Shown here: piece by piece, positions 42,232-51,195 of the stretch | Numbering within the stretch: position 1 is the first letter of the stretch | How the letters are laid out: every line of letters begins with the position of its first letter | DNA from: a virus | Virus record (IMG/VR): IMGVR_UViG_3300044475_000063 | Location: 34,392-98,391 of that record | Direction: 5' to 3' (one strand) | Length of the DNA stretch: 64,000 nt | Translations under genes and position numbers: made by a program | Notes under the pieces: generated by a model | What the model saw: only the letters and a program-made list of their open reading frames with translations | Told to the model about the DNA's origin: nothing | Database searches by the model: none

Positions 42232-43316
42232 TAGTACGCGATGCTCACGTTAGCAACTTTGCCTTGCGCAATCAGCTTTACCGCCATCATTGCCTGCTCT
42301 GCTGATAAGCCTCCAGCAATAAGGCATTCCATTGCATCGCGGTTGATTTTTGCTTTATGTTCCTTGTTGCGCTCGCGTGCGGCTGCTTCGTCAGCTACGC
42401 GCTGGGCTTCCGCTGCAATACGGTCCTGCTCTGCCTTGATCGCACGCTGCTTATCTTCCTCTGCACGCTTCTCGGCGGCGATACGGCGCTGCTCTGCCTC
42501 GGCTGCTTCTGCAATGCGGCGACGTTCTGCGGCTTCGGCGTCACGTTGGGCCTTTTCTTCAGCTTGCTTGATTGCCAGTGCTGCCGCCTCTTCCTTGCGC
42601 TTGGCTTCGGCTTGGGCTGCTTCCAATTCCTTGCGCGCCTTCTCTGCCTCAGCCGCTGCCTTTGCTTCGGATTCGCGCTGGGCCTTCTCTGCTGCCGCTT
42701 TGGCAATAGCCGCTTCATGCTCGGCCTTAGCTCGGGCTTCTGCTTCGGCGCGCAAGCGGGCCAGTTCTGCGGCTTCCTCGTCGCGCTTGATGGCTGCTTG
42801 CAGCGTGTCGTTCAGCTTCTGCAAAACTGCTTCCTTGGTAGTAGCGGCTTGCGCCATCATTTCTTCCCAATCGGCAGTAATGGCGATAGCCTCAACACGC
42901 GCAATCTCGGTTCGGATATCTGCCGCCTCGTTGAATGCACCAAGGTTCTGCGAGATTTCCTCGTAGCGCTTTTGTAGGGCGGCTACACGGTCTTTCTCGC
43001 GCTGTTCGATTTCGTCCAACTTAGTTTGGTGAACGGTAATCATCGCCTCAATGCGAGATTCAATCTCGGCGGCTTCCGAGTCAACAGCGCGGCCCAATCG
43101 CAGGTATTCTGCCTTAGCTTCCTTGCGGACGCGCTCCAATGCTCCCTTGGTCTTGCGCAGGCTGAATACGTGGCTACGCGCTTCCTTGTTACCTTTGGGC
43201 GATTCGTAGTTGAACACTAGCGCCGCATTGTCCGCTTCCAGCTTTGCCAGTTCGGAATAGAAGGGTTGATAAGCTGCTACTTGCGTGGTTTGTGCATCAA
43301 GGATTTCGGTAGTCAT
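42231..43316 (-). CDS. coiled-coil protein of the recombination module (361 aa; Ala/Glu/Lys/Arg-rich repeat region)
   Basis: Globular N-terminal domain followed by about 150 aa of AEAxxKAE-type low-complexity helix. Confidence 0.6.
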   Translation of the reverse strand: MTTEILDAQTTQVAAYQPFYSELAKLEADNAALVFNYESPKGNKEARSHVFSLRKTKGALERVRKEAKAEYLRLGRAVDSEAAEIESRIEAMITVHQTKLDEIEQREKDRVAALQKRYEEISQNLGAFNEAADIRTEIARVEAIAITADWEEMMAQAATTKEAVLQKLNDTLQAAIKRDEEAAELARLRAEAEARAKAEHEAAIAKAAAEKAQRESEAKAAAEAEKARKELEAAQAEAKRKEEAAALAIKQAEEKAQRDAEAAERRRIAEAAEAEQRRIAAEKRAEEDKQRAIKAEQDRIAAEAQRVADEAAARERNKEHKAKINRDAMECLIAGGLSAEQAMMAVKLIAQGKVANVSIAY

Positions 43317-43966
43317 TAGGCTTCTCCATGTTCTTCGTAAATTTGCTCAACACGGCGGCGCAGGTAGGCTTGCGCAACCTTCACTTTTGCGATCATTTTT
43401 GCTTCGATTTCTGCATCGCGCTTGATCGTGGCGCGGGTTACTCGTAAAGCTGGGTCGATATGGTCAACTTCGTGCAGCGATGCTTGCTCCCACTTGCGTA
43501 GTTCTTCGGGAGTGCTTACCATCGTATAGGCTACCTCGCCTTCGTCTACATCGTAAAGAGCCATGTAAGACCACAGTTGATAGTCATAGCCTGATTTCTT
43601 TGCGATGGCTAGAACTTCCTCGCTGGTGGCGGGGAACGTCGCTAGTGACCATGCGTTTTTAATGTCGATAACTTTGGTCTTTGGAACCAAGATATCGCAC
43701 TCACCAGTTACCCATTCATTCGTTAAGCGAACCGTGTTTTTCTCATGGCGCGACAGCGTGACCATGTTGTAAAGGTCAATTGCTGCCTGTTCGCACTCAA
43801 TGCCCTTTTTTAAATACTTGGTGTCGATTTCCTCGCGGAAGCCGTAGACGTATTCCTTGGCAATGCCGTTCAGGAAGGTTTTAGCGCCGACACTTAGGCC
43901 ATCAGCGCCTTTGCCATCAGCCATCAACTCAGCAATCGAAGAAGCGCGGAAAGTGATATCGATCAT
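43316..43966 (-). CDS. PD-(D/E)XK nuclease (YqaJ/exonuclease-like)
   Basis: The motif GECDIL...KVIDIKN fits D...(D/E)xK. ATGA overlap with the erf stop. The ORF is open to 44029. Confidence 0.6.
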   Translation of the reverse strand: MIDITFRASSIAELMADGKGADGLSVGAKTFLNGIAKEYVYGFREEIDTKYLKKGIECEQAAIDLYNMVTLSRHEKNTVRLTNEWVTGECDILVPKTKVIDIKNAWSLATFPATSEEVLAIAKKSGYDYQLWSYMALYDVDEGEVAYTMVSTPEELRKWEQASLHEVDHIDPALRVTRATIKRDAEIEAKMIAKVKVAQAYLRRRVEQIYEEHGEA

Positions 43967-44709
43967 TTCTGCACCTCTTTTTGCGCCGCGATCATAGCCA
44001 ATTCCTGATCTGCATTCAGGGTGTACCACGCCTTAATTTCCTCAATTGTGTATTCTCCAGCCTTAACCGACTTCATCGCGTTTTCAAACTTCTTAGCGCT
44101 CATGATCGGCAGCGCCTTGGTTTTGGCTTGCTCGGCTTGACTTGCGCCGTTGCCGTCGTCATCGCTGTTTGCATCGGTCGAAGCGAGGCCGCAAACGGAT
44201 TCGTAAGTAACCGCCTTGGCATAGGTGATTGCGCTCTTAATCTTCTGAATCTCGTTTTTTGCACCAGTTCCATCTGGCGGCACAACGAACGGCACAGATT
44301 CAGAGTGGCCCAGCGAATGCGACAGAATGCACGTTACCTTAATCATGCTGCCGTTTTGCTCGATCTGCCAATCAGCCGACAAGCCGTGCTTACTCAGATA
44401 AGGCGCTACAGTGTTGACCACGTTGCCAAGCGACGAATACCACGACTTGAACTGAGTATTGTATTTATCCTTGATGATCTTGATTGCCTCGCCTTTGAAA
44501 GCAGCCTTAGCAGCAGTGAAAGCCTTGCGCGCTTCATTGGCATCGTGACGCTCTTTCAAGGCCATCATGCGCTCGATAGTGTCGATATTGCCGCTTTGCA
44601 GGGCAACCATCAGCATGTTGTCAGGCGTCGCCGACAATGCCGTCTGAGGCTGCGCTACAGGCAAAGCTTGCGCCCGCTGGTCATCGACCAACTGAATTTC
44701 TTGGTTCAT
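43963..44709 (-). CDS. erf: single-strand annealing protein, ERF family
   Basis: The segment KDKYNTQFKSWYSSLGNVVNTVAPYLSKHGLSADWQIEQNG..IKVTCILSHSLGHSE matches the ERF core pattern. Confidence 0.7.
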   Translation of the reverse strand: MNQEIQLVDDQRAQALPVAQPQTALSATPDNMLMVALQSGNIDTIERMMALKERHDANEARKAFTAAKAAFKGEAIKIIKDKYNTQFKSWYSSLGNVVNTVAPYLSKHGLSADWQIEQNGSMIKVTCILSHSLGHSESVPFVVPPDGTGAKNEIQKIKSAITYAKAVTYESVCGLASTDANSDDDGNGASQAEQAKTKALPIMSAKKFENAMKSVKAGEYTIEEIKAWYTLNADQELAMIAAQKEVQK

Positions 44710-45298
44710 GGTTTCTCCGTGATGGGTAGTGTAAGGAGGGGATTTTCACCCCATTCCTTTTTAAGCGTGGTCGCTGTATGCAATAACTCTGGCGGGACGT
44801 TGTTTATCCTGAGTCTACTCAGAACCCGTCTTTGCATCTTCGATTCTGACCATATCGACCATGGGCATGTGCGCGTTCATGCTAGCGTGTGGTGGCCGGT
44901 GCTGATATCCGGCATTGGGCGTCTTATCCACGTTTCCCCATCCTTACTACCCAGCGTTTGGAACCCTGGTTGACAAGTAAGCGCATCAGCTTGCGCATTC
45001 ACCACATCGAAACGGGCTAGGGCTTGATACCTAGCTAATCGTATGTCGGTCATACGACTACCAACCAGTTGCGGAACCCCTTTTTAACGAGTCGGTTAAG
45101 CCTCTTTTGTCGCCTTCAGGTTGGTTAAGCACCCTAAGCTCCGTTTCCGCCGACCTTGCTTAGCACGTCCTTCCGTGCTGCCGTTTCGATGTGGTTCCTA
45201 GCACTTACGCGGCTAGGTTACGATACTAGGAATTAATCCCTTGTCCTAGTAGCTTGCTAGATTCTTTCGCCGTTCTTGGCTCTAGCGGGCCAAAAGGA
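44710..45298 (-). ncRNA. 589-nt ORF-free structured leader in the leftward early operon (contains module M at 45002..45194)
   Basis: No minus-strand ORF here. A 14-bp closing helix CCACATCGAAACGG/CCGTTTCGATGTGG, internal hairpins, and two sequence blocks identical to 57136..57154 and 57225..57245. Confidence 0.45.
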
Positions 45299-45478
45299 TT
45301 ACTTAACCGCCTTGTCAATCACGTCAACAAACAGCCAGCCGACGAAAGGCAAGAGAATCAAGCACAAGGTAAGTATAGCAACCTTATCCGCGTCATCGTT
45401 ATCCTTTTTGTGTCGCTGCTGCATTTCTTTCCAGCTTTCGTTGCGTTTAGGCCACTTGTCGAATGGATCGTTAAGCAT
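45299..45478 (-). CDS. small membrane protein (59 aa from MLNDPFDKW)
   Basis: AAGGGG RBS and a C-terminal TM segment. The longer form (to 45547) would overlap the upstream gene. Confidence 0.45.
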   Translation of the reverse strand: MLNDPFDKWPKRNESWKEMQQRHKKDNDDADKVAILTLCLILLPFVGWLFVDVIDKAVK

Positions 45479-45479
45479 T

Positions 45480-45782
45480 TCATTCCCCTTTGGTGTGAAC
45501 GTACATATCATCGCGCTCGCGCTGCTCTGCGCGCATCTGCTTTTCAAGTGCGCGGCGGTCGCAAAGGTGCGTTACCTCGTAGCATGGGCCGTAGCTCAGT
45601 TTGATCCCGCCGCTTTCTGTTGCAAACTCTACGCCATCGTCTGCATAAACGCGAACGATAGTGCCGTCTTCGATAATACAGGTCAGAGTTACCGCCTGCA
45701 CCTGCTTTACAGGCATGCTTAATCCGCCGCCTATGCTGATATCCGTCTCAAGGTTGCTTACTACTAAGCCGATTGCTGGCAT
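45480..45782 (-). CDS. hypothetical protein (100 aa from MPAIGLV), first gene of the leftward operon
   Basis: GGAGGAAAT RBS. Confidence 0.55.
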   Translation of the reverse strand: MPAIGLVVSNLETDISIGGGLSMPVKQVQAVTLTCIIEDGTIVRVYADDGVEFATESGGIKLSYGPCYEVTHLCDRRALEKQMRAEQRERDDMYVHTKGE

Positions 45783-45824
45783 ATTTCCTCCGTGTCGATG
45801 TGATGAATAGTACATGCAATCTAG

Positions 45825-45888
45825 TTGATACGCAATATCGTATTTTTACAACAGTTAGATTGATGACGGATAACTCTCGTGCTACTAT
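45825..45888. promoter_or_regulatory. divergent early control region: palindrome ATACG-N6-CGTAT plus a rightward promoter TTGATG-17-TACTAT
   Basis: Palindrome at 45828..45843. -35 at 45860..45865, exact 17-nt spacer, -10 at 45883..45888. Confidence 0.4.
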
Positions 45889-45916
45889 TGAGGCTCAACA
45901 ACCAAAGAGGTAACAC

Positions 45917-46180
45917 ATGACCGACATTGAGCAACCCAAGGAAGCAAAGAAGTACCCGAACGACACCAGCGGCAACCTGTTCGACTACATCAAGCGTAAG
46001 TTTGACCTTACTACAGACGAAGCGCTGGCTCAGAAAACCGGCCTATGGAAGAACGACATCAGCCGCATCCGCAACGGCAAGCGCAAAGGCCTGACCAATA
46101 GCAACAAGCTGAAAATCCACGTATCAACCAAGCTGTCGATAGCAAAGATTGAGCGGCTTATTGCGAAGGAGGAAGAATGA
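45917..46180 (+). CDS. HTH transcriptional regulator (Cro-like position)
   Basis: The segment TTDEALAQKTGLWKNDISRIRNGKRKG looks like an HTH. First gene of the rightward operon. Confidence 0.6.
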   Translation: MTDIEQPKEAKKYPNDTSGNLFDYIKRKFDLTTDEALAQKTGLWKNDISRIRNGKRKGLTNSNKLKIHVSTKLSIAKIERLIAKEEE

Positions 46181-46413
46181 GCGACGTTATGTTTTACGGC
46201 GTGTTGCGCATGCCCTACGAAATGGCGATGGATGGCGAGATTAGCCGCTGGCAGTTCTGGCAGCGCGCACAGGAGGCCGTAGAACGAGTTGCGAAAGCTG
46301 AGGCCCGAGTAGCTGAATTGTCAGCCGCAATCGACAAACTAGCCGCTTGCAAAGGCCGCTATCACACAGAAGCTAATTTTAAGGAACTGCTTGCAGTTCG
46401 GGAGGGGAAATAA
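46177..46413 (+). CDS. hypothetical protein (78 aa)
   Basis: Overlapping stop/start. Confidence 0.5.
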   Translation: MSDVMFYGVLRMPYEMAMDGEISRWQFWQRAQEAVERVAKAEARVAELSAAIDKLAACKGRYHTEANFKELLAVREGK

Positions 46414-46751
46414 TGGGCAATGCAATCCGTTTTGGAATACTTGGCGATGCTGGCTTGTCGCCCGTTATCGGTGAAGAATTTGAAATTGATGGAACCAAAG
46501 AACAATTTGCTGTTCACCCTTCTACCTATCGTGAGCGCGTTGAATTAGATTTCCTTTGGTGCGCAACTCATGTTGAAACAGGACTTCGCATTGCAAAAGG
46601 AAATGATATCGATGAGGTTATTGAATTAGCGCGAGTGGCATGGAAAGATAAAACGCCTGAGCAAATCGAGTCTGCACTGGTTAATGGCCGCGCCATGCGA
46701 CGCCAAGCATTTCTTCAAAATCTAGATATATCTGACTTATGTAATGACTGA
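46413..46751 (+). CDS. hypothetical protein (112 aa)
   Basis: Operon packing. Confidence 0.5.
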   Translation: MGNAIRFGILGDAGLSPVIGEEFEIDGTKEQFAVHPSTYRERVELDFLWCATHVETGLRIAKGNDIDEVIELARVAWKDKTPEQIESALVNGRAMRRQAFLQNLDISDLCND

Positions 46752-46811
46752 TATTCCCCACGTAATGCCAATCAAAGACTTTGAGCGCATCAAGGCGCAG
46801 GAGGAAAAGAA

Positions 46812-47231
46812 ATGAAAATCGAACTGACCAAAATAGCAGAAGTTGAAGTCTCGGCGCTGGAAGTTGAAGCGGAAGTACGTTATTGGGAAGATGCTTCAAT
46901 TGATGGCGTAGAAGATACCGAAGGCAAGATTCCTCTGCGCGATGGCGATTGCTGGCGTCCAATCATCAATCTGGCGACAGGCTTTATCAAAGACTGGCCG
47001 CAAGGCGTAACAGCCAATGTTCATTACAAGGTCTGCGACCAAGGGCAATACTGGTTGCTGGATGAGGAAGGAAGGCGCGTAGCCAAGTGGAAGGGTTACT
47101 ATGTCCCTGACAGCCTCCTATGCCCGAATGGTAACGGCTACGGCGATTACATCATTCTCCAAATCGAGCAAGACGGCCATATCAATAGCTGGCGCTCTGC
47201 AATCGATAGCGAAGAATGGGAGGCGGTATGA
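46812..47231 (+). CDS. hypothetical protein (139 aa)
   Basis: GGAGGAAAAGAA RBS. Confidence 0.55.
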   Translation: MKIELTKIAEVEVSALEVEAEVRYWEDASIDGVEDTEGKIPLRDGDCWRPIINLATGFIKDWPQGVTANVHYKVCDQGQYWLLDEEGRRVAKWKGYYVPDSLLCPNGNGYGDYIILQIEQDGHINSWRSAIDSEEWEAV

Positions 47232-47638
47232 CCATCAACCTAACCCAAATCCGCAGCGACTTCGATAACGGCATCATCGTAAGCAAGCAGACTTTGCTTG
47301 CTCTGGTGGATTATGCGATTGAGTTGGAAGGCAAGCCAATCACGCGGCAAGAGTATTGCAGCGAGCGCCCAGCGCGGTTTGTAGTATGTGCCGCCAATAA
47401 ATACGGCGATCTTGTTTTTACCGGCGTGCGGCATTTCTGTCCCGTTATGCAGGTCAATATGCAAGCCTACGATATTCCGGCGCTTCGCAAAGAGCGCGGC
47501 GAGGTGCAGGGCTTCATCGACCAGTTTGGCGTGTTCATGACACGCGAGGAGGCGGCAATCGTGGCAAAAGAATCGGGGCAGCTTGCGCGTTATGGCAATC
47601 ATTGCCCAACCGTTTTGTTTAGCGAGGACTTGTACTGA
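47228..47638 (+). CDS. hypothetical protein (136 aa from MTINLTQ)
   Basis: ATGA overlap with the upstream stop. Confidence 0.5.
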   Translation: MTINLTQIRSDFDNGIIVSKQTLLALVDYAIELEGKPITRQEYCSERPARFVVCAANKYGDLVFTGVRHFCPVMQVNMQAYDIPALRKERGEVQGFIDQFGVFMTREEAAIVAKESGQLARYGNHCPTVLFSEDLY

Positions 47639-47823
47639 TGCGATTTGAGAGCGATAAGATTGGCTTATACCGCCAAGCCACAGCAACGCGCAGCCCCGGC
47701 CCGAATAGCACCTTTTTCTGCTGCCGCTGCGCTAAACCAAAACAGATCGTAGGACGCAAAAAAGTCGGCCAGAACGGGCGGCAGGCTTTGTATGCTTGTG
47801 TGTCTTGTCAGGAGGTGAAATGA
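47638..47823 (+). CDS. small zinc-ribbon-like protein (61 aa)
   Basis: CCRC...CVSC cysteine pairs. Confidence 0.45.
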   Translation: MRFESDKIGLYRQATATRSPGPNSTFFCCRCAKPKQIVGRKKVGQNGRQALYACVSCQEVK

Positions 47824-48524
47824 AGCCGGTAATTATTAGTGATGCTGAACTGTGGCTGGGCGATTGTGCAGAAATTTTGCCGTTGATTGGTAAGGTGGAT
47901 GCTGTTATTACTGACCCACCATATGGTATTGGGGAGCGTAAAGGGACAATTTCCAAGGCCAGAAACCGCAATAATTATGAAAATTTTGATGATACTCCAG
48001 AAGCAATAAAAAATGAGATAGTCCCACGTTTTGAGCTTGCGCTCTCATTGGCTAATAGAGCAATTATGACTCCGGGAGGAAAGTGCTTTTCGATGTATCC
48101 GGCCCCTGTTGATATCGGCATGTCTTTTCAACCTGCAACATCGTCAATGACGCATTGGGGCCGCGCCACTTGCCAGCCAATTTTTTATTATGGGAAAGAC
48201 CCGATGGCAGGGAAAACCATTAAGCCAATTCACTATCAGCTAACCGAAGCTCCGGAAAAAAATGGCCATCCATGTCCTAAGCCAATTGGATTTATGATGT
48301 GGATGGTTGATAGAGGATCATTAAATGGCGAAGTAATTTTAGACCCATTCATGGGAAGTGGCACAACTGGAGTGGCATGTGTTCAACTTGGACGAAAGTT
48401 TATTGGCATTGAGCGCGATGAACGATATTTTGAAATTGCTTGCCAGCGCATCGAGCGTGCCGTATCTCAAGGCCAGCTTTTTGCGCCAGCGCCTGTTAAA
48501 CAAATACAGGAGCCTATGTTTTGA
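47820..48524 (+). CDS. orphan DNA methyltransferase (N6-A/N4-C type, DPPY)
   Basis: Motif IV is TDPPYGI and motif I is ILDPFMGSGTTGVACVQLGRKFIGIE. No adjacent restriction gene. Confidence 0.85.
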   Translation: MKPVIISDAELWLGDCAEILPLIGKVDAVITDPPYGIGERKGTISKARNRNNYENFDDTPEAIKNEIVPRFELALSLANRAIMTPGGKCFSMYPAPVDIGMSFQPATSSMTHWGRATCQPIFYYGKDPMAGKTIKPIHYQLTEAPEKNGHPCPKPIGFMMWMVDRGSLNGEVILDPFMGSGTTGVACVQLGRKFIGIERDERYFEIACQRIERAVSQGQLFAPAPVKQIQEPMF

Positions 48525-49132
48525 AGCGCACCGAGCTAAAACGAAAAGTTGGCTTGCGGCCTTCGTCTATAACTAAGATGCCAAAGCCGCCGAAAGGGCC
48601 AAGAAAGCGTAAATGCGTGGTCTGCAAAGAACTGTTTGAGCCGCGCAGCATGACGCACAAAGCCTGTAAGCCAGAATGCGCAGCAATCCACGCAGAAGCG
48701 GTCAGGAAGGTGCAAGAGCGCAAGTCTGATCGAGAGCGCAAGCAAGCATTAAAAACGCGCCAAGACTGGTTACGCGAGGCGCAAGCAGCATTCAATACTT
48801 GGATTCGGCTGCGCGACCATGACCAGCCCTGCATTAGCTGTGGGCGGTTTCATGCTGGCTCCTTTGATGCGGGGCATTTTCGCTCTGTAGGTGCTGCACC
48901 AGCTTTGAGATTTGATGAGAATAATTGCCATAAACAATGCGTCCCCTGCAACCAACACAAAGGCGGAAACATTCTTGAGTACCGTATCAGACTGATTGAA
49001 AAAATAGGCCGTGTTGCTGTCGAATGGCTAGAGCGTGAGCCGCCGCCAGCTAAGTACACGATTGAGGATGCGCAGCGGATTAAAGCTGAATATCAGCGCC
49101 GAGTGCGCGAAATGAAAAGGGAATTGCCTTGA
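48521..49132 (+). CDS. ninG: NinG/Rap-like protein (TTG start)
   Basis: Cys clusters CVVCKELFEP...HKACKPECA and ISCGR...DAGHFRS...CHKQCVPCN, typical of the lambda NinG family. Confidence 0.6.
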   Translation: MKRTELKRKVGLRPSSITKMPKPPKGPRKRKCVVCKELFEPRSMTHKACKPECAAIHAEAVRKVQERKSDRERKQALKTRQDWLREAQAAFNTWIRLRDHDQPCISCGRFHAGSFDAGHFRSVGAAPALRFDENNCHKQCVPCNQHKGGNILEYRIRLIEKIGRVAVEWLEREPPPAKYTIEDAQRIKAEYQRRVREMKRELP

Positions 49133-49506
49133 AACTTACAAAAATTCAGCGCGCAACCTTGCGAGAAATGTTCGGTGGCCTGTGCGCCTATTGCGGCCAG
49201 TCATTGGGCGACCGATGGCATGCTGACCATAAAGAACCAGTGTTGCGAGGATATGCACCTACGAGTGAAGAAAATCCTTTAGGAATCCTGCATACACAGC
49301 GCGACCAGATAGAAAACCTGATGCCAGCATGTGCGCCATGTAATCTCGATAAGGCCAGCTATTCGCTGGATCAGTGGCGCGGAAAATTGGAGCGCTCGGC
49401 ATCCTCGTTGCAGCGTTACAGTTCTACGTACCGCCATGCTTTCAGGTTTGGCCTTGTAGCTCCGATTGCTGAAAAAGTCGTTTTCCACTTTGAGAAAGTC
49501 AAATGA
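49129..49506 (+). CDS. HNH endonuclease (125 aa, TTG start)
   Basis: CAYCG...WHADHKEP...NLMPACAPCNLDK forms an HNH core. Confidence 0.75.
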   Translation: MKLTKIQRATLREMFGGLCAYCGQSLGDRWHADHKEPVLRGYAPTSEENPLGILHTQRDQIENLMPACAPCNLDKASYSLDQWRGKLERSASSLQRYSSTYRHAFRFGLVAPIAEKVVFHFEKVK

Positions 49507-49805
49507 AAGTCACCTATGGCGCACTAGCTGACCTAGTAGGCCAAGCAGAGCCACTAGACCCAAGCAAGATGCAGTATCGGTCTGTCCCTGCTGTAGTATG
49601 GGTGTCGCGTAAGGATGCCTTAAAGTCTGAGCGAGCGTGTAACCAATGCATCTTCAAGGGCCAGAAATCGAAAGTCTGCGTACAGGCTGGGCAGCTTGCG
49701 CGCCTTGCTGGGCATAACGACTGCGAGGACCGAGACACTGAGACAGACAAGACTTTCATCTATGAGCTAGTCCCTACAGACCCTCGCCAACTAACCATAG
49801 CCTAA
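49503..49805 (+). CDS. hypothetical protein (100 aa)
   Basis: Overlapping stop/start, followed by a terminator. Confidence 0.5.
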   Translation: MKVTYGALADLVGQAEPLDPSKMQYRSVPAVVWVSRKDALKSERACNQCIFKGQKSKVCVQAGQLARLAGHNDCEDRDTETDKTFIYELVPTDPRQLTIA

Positions 49806-49809
49806 CCCT

Positions 49810-49832
49810 AAGCCGCCTAGTGCGGCTTTTTT
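49810..49832 (+). terminator. intrinsic terminator
   Basis: AAGCCGC-CTAGT-GCGGCTT followed by TTTT. Confidence 0.65.
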
Positions 49833-49931
49833 GCAACTTCGCAATTTTGTTGTTGACGCGTGATAATCTTAGGTCTATGATTCTTCACATGGGCAGCGCA
49901 TTGTGTGCTGCGGAGATAGGAGCAAGACATC

Positions 49932-50159
49932 ATGGAAACCAGCAAAGAGGGCATCAAGTTTCAAATAAAAGAAACGCACATCGCAGACATCAAAGCTGGC
50001 GACACCGTGCTGCATAACGGGCATCTGAAAACTGTTTGCGGTAAAAATATCAAGAGCGACAAATTCCTCGGCACGTCTTTGTTTGGCGATACATACATGG
50101 GTGGTCGCTTGATGGTTAAGAAAGCTGAGATATTCCACGCAATGCCTGCCCGTCACTAA
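49932..50159 (+). CDS. hypothetical protein (75 aa)
   Basis: ORF followed by hairpin CGCCCGC-GACAA-GCGGGCG. An equivalent hairpin (AGCGCC-TTCG-GGCGCT) sits at 22..37. Confidence 0.45.
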   Translation: METSKEGIKFQIKETHIADIKAGDTVLHNGHLKTVCGKNIKSDKFLGTSLFGDTYMGGRLMVKKAEIFHAMPARH

Positions 50160-50204
50160 CCCACCCCGCCCGCGACAAGCGGGCGCTACCTGAAAGGATG
50201 AATC

Positions 50205-50414
50205 ACGTTTGATGACTATGAAGAAGAGCCAGAAGCAAAGCGCATCTTTGACATTGCCGATCAGCTAGATGATCGCTTGGATGATTACGCGCTTGAGCGC
50301 TGCAAATCGTCGGAGGACGTTATACGCGGCGGCAAGCATGGGCGCGTGTACACCTTTCACGATGGGAGCAAATTGACCACGGCTGAAACTGGCTATGTTG
50401 GTTGCGAATACTGA
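50205..50414 (+). pseudogene. homolog of 57..266 whose ATG is ACG (start codon lost, or a non-canonical start)
   Basis: Same length and frame and about 90% identical. An in-frame TGA lies 2 codons upstream, so no alternative upstream start exists. Confidence 0.4.
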
Positions 50415-50488
50415 TTAACCGGCCCGCTAGACGGGCCTAAGCCACTAGAACCTAGCGCAATTGTGCGCTGGTAGATATAGGAGGAAGT

Positions 50489-50779
50489 ATGAGCAAGCAT
50501 ACGCCGGGACCTTGGGTAATCAATCGCAATCAAACTGATTGCGGCGAAGATAAAATCAGCATTGAAGCCGCTGATGAATATTTTATCGCGCAAGTTGATC
50601 CCGGAGTAAGTCAAGAAGCAAACGCTAGCCTGATCGCTGCCGCGCCTGAACTGCTGGAAGCTTGCCAATTGATGCTTACTGCAATGAAGCTGGCAAATTG
50701 GGAGGGCGATTTTGCAGCGCTAAAAGGAATTGCGGCGATTGCCAAAGCAACCGGCGAAACTCATGAGGAGGAAGTATGA
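50489..50779 (+). CDS. hypothetical protein (96 aa), unit-2 specific
   Basis: ATAGGAGGAAGT RBS. Confidence 0.5.
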   Translation: MSKHTPGPWVINRNQTDCGEDKISIEAADEYFIAQVDPGVSQEANASLIAAAPELLEACQLMLTAMKLANWEGDFAALKGIAAIAKATGETHEEEV

Positions 50780-50955
50780 GTGAAGATGAAAAAGACGAGT
50801 GGTTTTCTAAGGGATACAGTTCCTATACTTCACTGGGAGATATAACGCCACCTGAGAATGCCACTCAAGAACAGAAACACGAATGGTATGAAGGCTGGCA
50901 ACAGGCTGTGCGCGACAGTTATGAGTTCCATGATGATTATGGAGCTTCACTTTAG
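50776..50955 (+). CDS. hypothetical protein (59 aa, MSEDEKDEWF...)
   Basis: Not in the ORF track. ATGA overlap and a GGAGGAAGT RBS. Confidence 0.4.
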   Translation: MSEDEKDEWFSKGYSSYTSLGDITPPENATQEQKHEWYEGWQQAVRDSYEFHDDYGASL

Positions 50956-51006
50956 CACCTAGCAACCAGCAGTAGAATAAACCAATTTCACTAAGCGGAG
51001 GCGGTC

Positions 51007-51195
51007 ATGGTAACAGTGTCTCAGATGGTAAGGGCGTTAAATTCGGATCAGCATTGCCACATGGCTTCATGGGAGCGTGACGCGGTGCATCGAGCGCATA
51101 TTCGATCTTGCCACGGCCTGAAGCCTTATCACCTGACGCTCCGCGAGTGCGAATTAATCATCACTATTTTTAACAGGGTGTACCAAAATGCGTAA
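51007..51195 (+). CDS. hypothetical protein (62 aa)
   Basis: Homolog of 581..769. Confidence 0.6.
   Translation: MVTVSQMVRALNSDQHCHMASWERDAVHRAHIRSCHGLKPYHLTLRECELIITIFNRVYQNA

Larger units (their letters stand above)
33..50180. mobile_element. Complete ~50.15-kb genome unit of a contractile-tailed dsDNA phage/prophage (unit 1)
   Basis: Full packaging, head, tail, baseplate, lysis, recombination and early modules. The anchor GGGCGCTACCTGAAAGGATGAATCA occurs at 33 and again at 50181, a 50,148-bp period. Confidence 0.8.

Noticed and set aside
42241-42977. Long plus-strand ORFs (241 and 206 aa) and a minus-strand 107-aa ORF overlapping the coiled-coil gene
   Set aside because: They are reading-frame artefacts of the GC-rich Ala/Glu/Lys/Arg repeat (GCnGAA-type periodicity). 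They give Ser/Ala/Cys/Leu low-complexity products with no RBS, antisense to or out of frame with a gene embedded in a tightly coupled operon.
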